Shown in pieces: positions 57,681 to 64,000 of a stretch of DNA of 64,000 nucleotides. A model generated the notes under the pieces. It saw only the letters and a program-made list of their open reading frames with translations, ran no database searches and was not told the origin of the DNA. The translations under genes were made by a program, and so were the position numbers. The stretch's first letter is position 1; each line of letters opens with the position of its first letter. The DNA comes from Centroscyllium fabricii. Taxonomy: Eukaryota. The stretch covers positions 162,192,001 through 162,256,000 of the forward strand of contig JBNRSN020000004.1 in the NCBI GenBank assembly GCA_051313645.2. The letters are read 5' to 3'.

Positions 57681-58110
57681 ATAAGAACATAAGAAATAGG
57701 AGCAGGAGTAGGCCATTCGGCCCTTCGAGCCTGCTCCGCCATTCAATGAGATGTCTCCAAAAGCGCACAGTACAATCAGAGCTCCTTCAAGGTGTCTTGT
57801 TGGGAAGGGGAAGAAAGGTACTGTATGCCATCGGCCTTTTAGAGCAAGATAGTTTAACTTAACATGGCTGATCTTCTGCCTCAACTCCATTCGCCGGCCC
57901 TATCGCCATATCCTTTGATGCCCTTACTAGTCAGAAATCTATCGACTTCTGTTTTGAATAAACCCAATGACTCAGCCTCCACAGCCCTCTGGGGTAGAGA
58001 ATTCCAAAGATTCACCACCCTCTGTGTGAAGAAATGTCTTCTCATCTCAGTCCTGAATGGCCTACCCTTTATCCTGAGGCAGTGGCCCCTGGTTCTAGAC
58101 TCCCCTACCA
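57680..58110 (-). mobile_element. CR1 LINE 3' fragment with a ~110-bp insert in its tail
   Basis: VGESRTRGH...[14 protein letters not shown]; (CATAAGAA)n tail. Confidence 0.85.
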
Positions 58111-58339
58111 CTTCTCTCAACCCCTCCAGTACCTCTGATTTGTGACGCTGCTTGTCTGACCCAGTATTGGATGAGCAAAAATTTACTCCAATTAAATATT
58201 GGGGAGACCGAAGCCATTGTTTTCTGATGGTGAGCTCATCATCATTGGTAATGAGAGATTCAGATGTCCTGAGGCCTTGTTCCAGCCATTCTTCTTGGGT
58301 ATGGAATCTTGGGGCATCCATGAAACTACTATAAAACAA

Positions 58340-59045
58340 AATTTGACACGAGCCATATAAGGAGAAATTAGGGCAGATAACAAAAGGTTGGTCAAGATTT
58401 TAAGGAGTGGCTTAAAGGTGGAAAGAGAGGTAGTGAGGCGGACAGGTTTAGGGAGGGAATTCCAGAGCTTAGGGCCTAGGCAACTAAAGGTACGGCCACT
58501 GAGTGATTATAATCAGATGCTCAAGAGACCAGAATTAGAGGAGCGCAGATATCTCGTGGAGGGGGGTGGCCGTGGGGCTGGAGGAGATTACAGAGATAGG
58601 GAGGAGCGAGGCCATGGAAGGATTTGAAAACAAAGATGAGAATTTTAAAATCAAGACTTAACCAGGAACCAATGTAGGTCACCGAGCACAGAGGTGATGG
58701 GTGAACGGGTCTTGGTGCGAGATAGGTAGCCGAGTTTGGATGACCTCAAGTTTACGGGGGGTCGAATGTGGGAGGCCAGCCAGGAGTGCATTGAATAATC
58801 AAATCTGGAGGTAACAAAGGCATGGATGAGGGTTTCAGCAGCAGATAAGCTGAGGCAGGGACAGAGACAGGCGATGTTTCAGAGGTGGAAATAGGCGGTC
58901 TTAGTGATGGCGTGGATATGGGGTCAGAAGCTCATTTCAGGGTCAAATAGGTCGCCATGGTTGCGAACAGTCTGGTTCAGCCTCAGACAGTGGCCAGGGA
59001 GAGGGATAGAGTCGGTGGCTAGGGAATGGAGTTTGTGGCGTCTGC
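58340..59045 (-). mobile_element. L2 LINE 3' fragment
   Basis: VRNHGDLFDPEMSF, KTAYFHL, AETLIHAFVTSR: L2 ORF2 C-terminal motifs. Confidence 0.75.
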
Positions 59046-59096
59046 GATCGCCATCACTTCGCTGCTGACTGCAAATTATAGGCCAATGATGTAGCA

Positions 59097-59351
59097 CAGG
59101 GGTCCCCAACCTTTTTGGGGTCGCAGCCCATTTTGGACTTGTCAATTTTTTCACGGACCTGGGGGGGGGGGGGGCTGCTGGCGGAGATTTTCTGACTGGC
59201 CGGGGGCGGGCTGTCTTCCGTCTGTGCCTCGTTCAACGTCTTCCATCGGCGAATGATCTGCGCATGCGCCGAGGCACAGACCGTCCCACGGACCGGTAAA
59301 AATGTCCCGTGGACCGGTGCCGGGTCGCGGACCGGCGGTTGGGGAACGCTG
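59097..59351. mobile_element. hAT MITE (same family as 47844-48449, opposite orientation)
   Basis: TIR CAGGGGTCCCCAACC...GGTTGGGGAACGCTG; 8-bp TSD ATGTAGCA. Confidence 0.88.
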
Positions 59352-59719
59352 ATGTAGCATATCAGAGCATTGATACTCTGTTCCAAAATGATAGAATACT
59401 GTTGGCAACTCTCGTGCACCACCTAGTGGTTTCTCCCAGAATAACATCAGTAAATGCCTGCCCACCAAGGGAAAATGAAGAAGGGTCGTCACTTGACGTC
59501 ACCTGCAGCCGCTCTTGGGCATTTCCAGAGACCAGAGAGTATATTGCATGGCCCAAGGAGTAGATGCACAGTTTGAATTGTTGTTGGAGATTTTAAAAAT
59601 GTAAAAAAAAAATACTTTTCCTTTCCGTCTCTTTTTTCCTCTCTCTTAATCCAATCTTTCTTTCCCTCTCTTTATTTCTCTTGCTGTACCTGATTTGACA
59701 TTGAATTCACCCACTCTAA

Positions 59720-61091
59720 GGCTGCAATTTTGCCATTGAAGGCAAGTTCGCATCGGGTTCACTGCTCGGGCCCGCTGTCAGTTTCAGCCGCACTGCGATA
59801 AGGATTTTGAGTTAACTGGGCTTATAAAGCCCACCGTGCGCGTTACCCGGCCCAATCAGTGGGTTCTGGTCTGCTGCTCGCCTCTGTTGATGTCTTCGAT
59901 TCAGCTGCATTTAAGGGGCCCATGCAACCTTTGGGCTTTATTCACTTTCTGATGCTTCTCAGTGGTATTGTTTGCGAGATGACTGCTGCAAGAACCAAGA
60001 CTTCTCCCCGATTTGATGATGACTCCCTCCATGCTCTTGTGGAGGGAGTAAGAGGGTGCAAGGAGGTTTTGTTTCCCTCCAATGGACTGAGGAAGCCTCC
60101 TCAACAAACCAAAGCAACCTAGCTGCAAATTGCCGAGGAGGTGAGCGCCAGGTCTTTGTGTGAACGCACCTGGGTTCAGTGCAGGAAAAGGTTCAATGAC
60201 CTGCTACGCACAGCAAAAGTGAGGATAACATCACACTTACCTTCAATCTGCTCCCCATCTCTTCTCATCACCAGCACTCTGGTGACAGAATAGATTTGCA
60301 GCCCTCTCATTTAGATTGCATGAGTGACTGATATGACATCTGATGTTCATACAGATTGAGTTCTGATCATCTGCACAATTCGATGTGCCTGCTACGTTAA
60401 TATCACATGTCTAACTCATGCCTTTACTCGTCCACAGGACCATCGAGAGCCCCCCTCCCCACTGTCCAGGAGGAAGAGCCGGACAACTCCTCAGAGGAAG
60501 CTGCAGCCTCTGAGGGCGCAGTGTCAGCAGAATTGAGCGCACCCTGCACCAGCGCAGAGACACACACCTCGGTGGGTCATTCGCCACATGTTGTCAGCTG
60601 GTGTTTCACAGCTCACAAGTGAGCATCAGCAGATGGTGGAGACAGGGAGAGCAGTAGAGAGTCCTCGCTCTGCTCAGCTGCATGTGGACCCGGTGCCTCT
60701 GGGGCCATCCAGAAAGAGAGCGGTGCTGGAACTTTAGGAACAAGTGCAGGAGTCTCTGACAGGCTTTGCAACCACGGTAACTGCAAGTGTGCAGAGAATG
60801 GAGGAGTGCATCTCAAACATAAGCAATGCAAAGGTGCATGTGATGGCGAATGTAGGTGCCACCATGGAAAGGATGGCAACCTCCATGGAGGACTTAAATT
60901 GCCAGATACAGCACAACATGGTAACACTTCTAAATAGATGGTCATCTATGGAGGATAGATGGCCATCCATTGAGGAGAGATACCAGAGGTACATGGACAT
61001 CCCCGTTATGAGGACTGTCAGTACAGAGACGGGTCCTCATGGCCCCACTGATGTGCAGCAAGGTGCTCTCCAGCTTGTGCTAGCAGTGAAT
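59720..61091 (+). mobile_element. Harbinger-type element with spliced Myb/SANT-like DNA-binding ORF (pseudogenised), cut by the Gypsy insertion
   Basis: SPRFDDDSLHALVEGV...*LQIAEEVS...RTWVQCRKRFNDL then donor gtgagg; second exon from ~60439 (acidic, then coiled-coil-like); TAA|GGCTGCAATTTT left end. Confidence 0.65.
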
Positions 61092-61405
61092 TGTGGGTGA
61101 CCCATGAGAGGGATTGACGTATCGTCAATCAAACACGAAAGACGAGTAGTTACCCAAACTACAGGCTTTTATTCACTTACAATGGAGCTAGTCTCCTGTC
61201 GAGTTCAAGGCGAGAATGAACAGGGGCAGGGCGGCCCTCACCTATAAGCTCCCACCTGAGGGGAGGAGTTAGAGGTGTGGCTGACCTGGCCTTGCACACA
61301 ATGTACAGAGTTGAAGGTGAACACATCCATATATATACACACAATGTACAGAGCTGAAGGTGAACACATCCATATATATATACACTGGTAATTACGGTTA
61401 CCACA
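61092..61405 (-). repeat. 3' LTR of the second Gypsy element
   Basis: TGTGGGTGACC...GGTTACCACA termini; adjacent PPT (AAAGAAGGGGTGAA on -); internal ~43-bp duplication. Confidence 0.8.
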
Positions 61406-64000
61406 TTCACCCCTTCTTTAAAAACAAGTCCGGTGGGGTGAACGAGAGAAGAGAGAGAAAATAACACAATTTTTTTAATGTGTCCGTTAGACGCAATCAA
61501 CACTGCGCTATTAGTCTCTCCGGCGGTCGCATCTGCCTCGAGGACCGCCGGGGTGCCGGTACCGGTGGTGGTGCCGGTTGCAGGGCCGGGATCGGTCTCT
61601 CCGCCAACGGTGCTGGCGGTGCGGTGTCCGATCCTGGGTCGTTGATCAGTGTTGTTGAGGGCCCCGGTGTGTGTATGTATGTGGGCCAGTATTCGGTGGG
61701 TGGTGGCTGGTCGGGCTGAGGCTCGACCGGGGGTTCTGCCCTAGTGCTCCCAGCGGGCGCCAGGTCCCTGATCGAGACTGTGTCCTCGCGCCCGTCCGGG
61801 AATGTCACGTAGGCATACTGCTGGTTAGCGTGGAGCAGGTGCACCTGTTCCACCAGGGGGTCGGTCTTGTGGCCGCGGACGTGTTTCCTAAGCAACACCG
61901 GCCCCTGCGCTGTGAGCCACAGCGGGAGTGCTGTCCCCGAAGTCGACTTCCTGGGGAAGGAAAATAGCAGGCCATGAGGTGTTGAGATAGTGGCGGTACA
62001 CAACAGAGAGCGAATGGCATGGAGCGCGTCTGGGAGGACCTCCTGCCAACGGGAAACTGGAAGGCCTCTGGACTTCAGGCCCAGGTTGACCGCCTTCCAG
62101 ATAGTCCCGTTCTCCCTTTCTACCTGGCCGTTCCCCCGGGGGTTGTAACTGGTCGTTCTGCTTGAGGCAACCCCTTTCCGAAGCAGAAACTGACGCAGTT
62201 CGTCGCTCATGAACGACGACCCCCGGTCGCTATGGATGTAGCTGGGGAGACCGAAAATGGCGAACAGCGTGGTGAAATGTTTGATCACCGTTGCGCTCGT
62301 CATGTCTGCGCAGGGGAAGGCGAAGGGGAAGCGTGAGAACTCGTCTATGACCGTGAGGAAATACGAGTTGCGGTCAGTGGAGGGGAGGGTGCCTTTGAAG
62401 TCCACGCTCAGGCGTTCAAAGGGGCGGGTGGCCTTGATGATGTGCGCCGTGTCTGGCCTGTAAAATTGGGGTTTGCACTCGGCACAGACAGGGCACGCTT
62501 TGGTCATAGCCTTTATCTCCGTGATGGAGTAGGGGAGGCTACGGGATTTGACGAAGTGGGCAGGTCTGGTGACACCCGGGTGGCAGAGGCGATCGTGGAG
62601 GGCCTTCAGTCGGTCCAGCTGGGCGCTGGCGCATGTTCCCCTGGACACTGCGTCCGGGGGTTCGTTGTGTTTGCCTGGACGGTAAAGAATGTCGCACTCG
62701 TAAGTCGAGAGTTCGATCCGCCACCGAAGGATCTTATCATTCTTGATTTTACCCCGCTGTTTAATATTAAACATAAACGCTACCGACCGTTGGTCAGTGA
62801 GCAGGGTAAAACGCTTGCCGGCCACGTAATGACGCCAGTAGCGCACTGCCTCCACGATGGCCTGGGCCTCCTTTTCCACTGCTGAGTGGTGAGTTTCGGG
62901 TCCCTGTAGGGTCCGGGAGAAAAATGCTACGGGCCTGCCTGCCTGGTTCAGGGTGGCGGCAAGGGCGAAGTCCGAAGCATCACTCTCCACCTGGAAAGGG
63001 ATGGGCTCATCAACGGCATGCATGGTCACCTTGATGATGTCTTCCTTAATCAGGGCGAATGCCGTTTGGGCTTCCTCCGAGAGGGGGAAGACGTCGGCCT
63101 TGAGGAGAGGTCTGGCCTTATCCGCGTACTGGGGGACCTATTGTGCGTAATAAGAAAAGAACCCTAGACATCTCCTCAGGGCTTTGGGGTTGTGAGGTAA
63201 GGGCAGCTCTTGCAAGGGGCGCACACGCTGTGGGTCGGGGCCGAGGACCCCGTTTTCCACCACGTATCCGAGGATAGCGAGCCGATCTGTACTAAAGACA
63301 CACTCGTCTTTATTGTACATGAGATCCAGCCGTTTCGCCGTGTGCAGGAATTTGGCGAGGTTGGCATCGTGGTCCTGCTTGTCATGGCTGCAGATGGTCA
63401 CGTTGTCCAGGTAGGGGAAAGTGGCCTGCAACCCGTTCTGGTCAACCATACGGTCCATCTCCCTCTGGAACACCGACACCCCGTTGGTCACGCCGAAGGG
63501 GACCCGGAGGAAATGGTACAGCCGGCCGTTCGCCTCAAAGGCGGTGTACTGGCGGTCGGATTTCCGGATGGGGAGTTGGTGATACACCGACTTAAGGTCG
63601 ATTGTGGAAAAGACCTTGTACTGGGCGATCTGGTTTACCATATCCGAGATGCAGGGGAGGGGGTAGGCGTCGAGCCCGGTGTAGCGGTTAATCGTCTGGC
63701 TATAGTCAATGACCATGCGCAGTTTCTCGCCCGTCTTAACCACTACGACCTGGGCCCGCCAGGGGCTGGTGCTGGCCTCAATGATCCCCTCTTGCAGCAT
63801 ACGCCCGACTTCGGACCTGATAAACGCCCGGTCCCCTGCACTGTAACGCCGACTTTTAGTAGCAATGGGCTTGCATTTGGGGTTGAGATTGGCAAACAGT
63901 GAGCGGGGGTCGACTTTTAATGTGGACAGGCCGCAAGTCGAGCTCCGCTTTAAGTAGGGTTTGTCCCGGCTACTGACGGTGAGGGGGCCAGGGTTCCACC
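61092..64000 (-). mobile_element. Gypsy/Ty3 LTR retrotransposon extending past the window end; pol split by a TAG at 63138-63140
   Basis: ORF 63138-63800 is RT (LRMVIDY, PFG, YLDN); ORF 61497-63029 is RNase H (ESDAS) plus integrase (H-H-C-C, VDFKG, HSDRG, NGQVER). Confidence 0.93.

Overview
This is vertebrate genomic DNA, most likely from a cartilaginous fish (shark-type SINE/CR1 repeats). The window holds the 3' part of a fibrillar collagen gene on the + strand, best assigned as COL1A2. I traced canonical exons 10-52 by hand from AG/GT boundaries and the 45/54/99/108/162-bp Gly-X-Y exon series, through the C-propeptide, the stop codon (53494-53496) and a conserved 3' UTR. Introns and the 3' flank are full of transposon relics: CR1 and L2 LINEs, a Penelope element with a hammerhead ribozyme, two Gypsy LTR elements, Tigger-, hAT- and Harbinger-type MITEs, SINEs and minisatellites. 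The top finding is an extra, intact 54-bp Gly-X-Y exon (24a) only 39 nt upstream of the canonical exon 24 (24b). This layout points to mutually exclusive splicing inside the type I collagen triple helix. Also notable: a Gly->Ala break at helix position ~565, very low proline content (~124/1000, 7 GPP triplets), and alpha1-like ligand motifs in an alpha2 chain. Exon and helix numbering follow the human COL1A1/COL1A2 convention. Comparisons with human sequence are from memory, not from an alignment run here.
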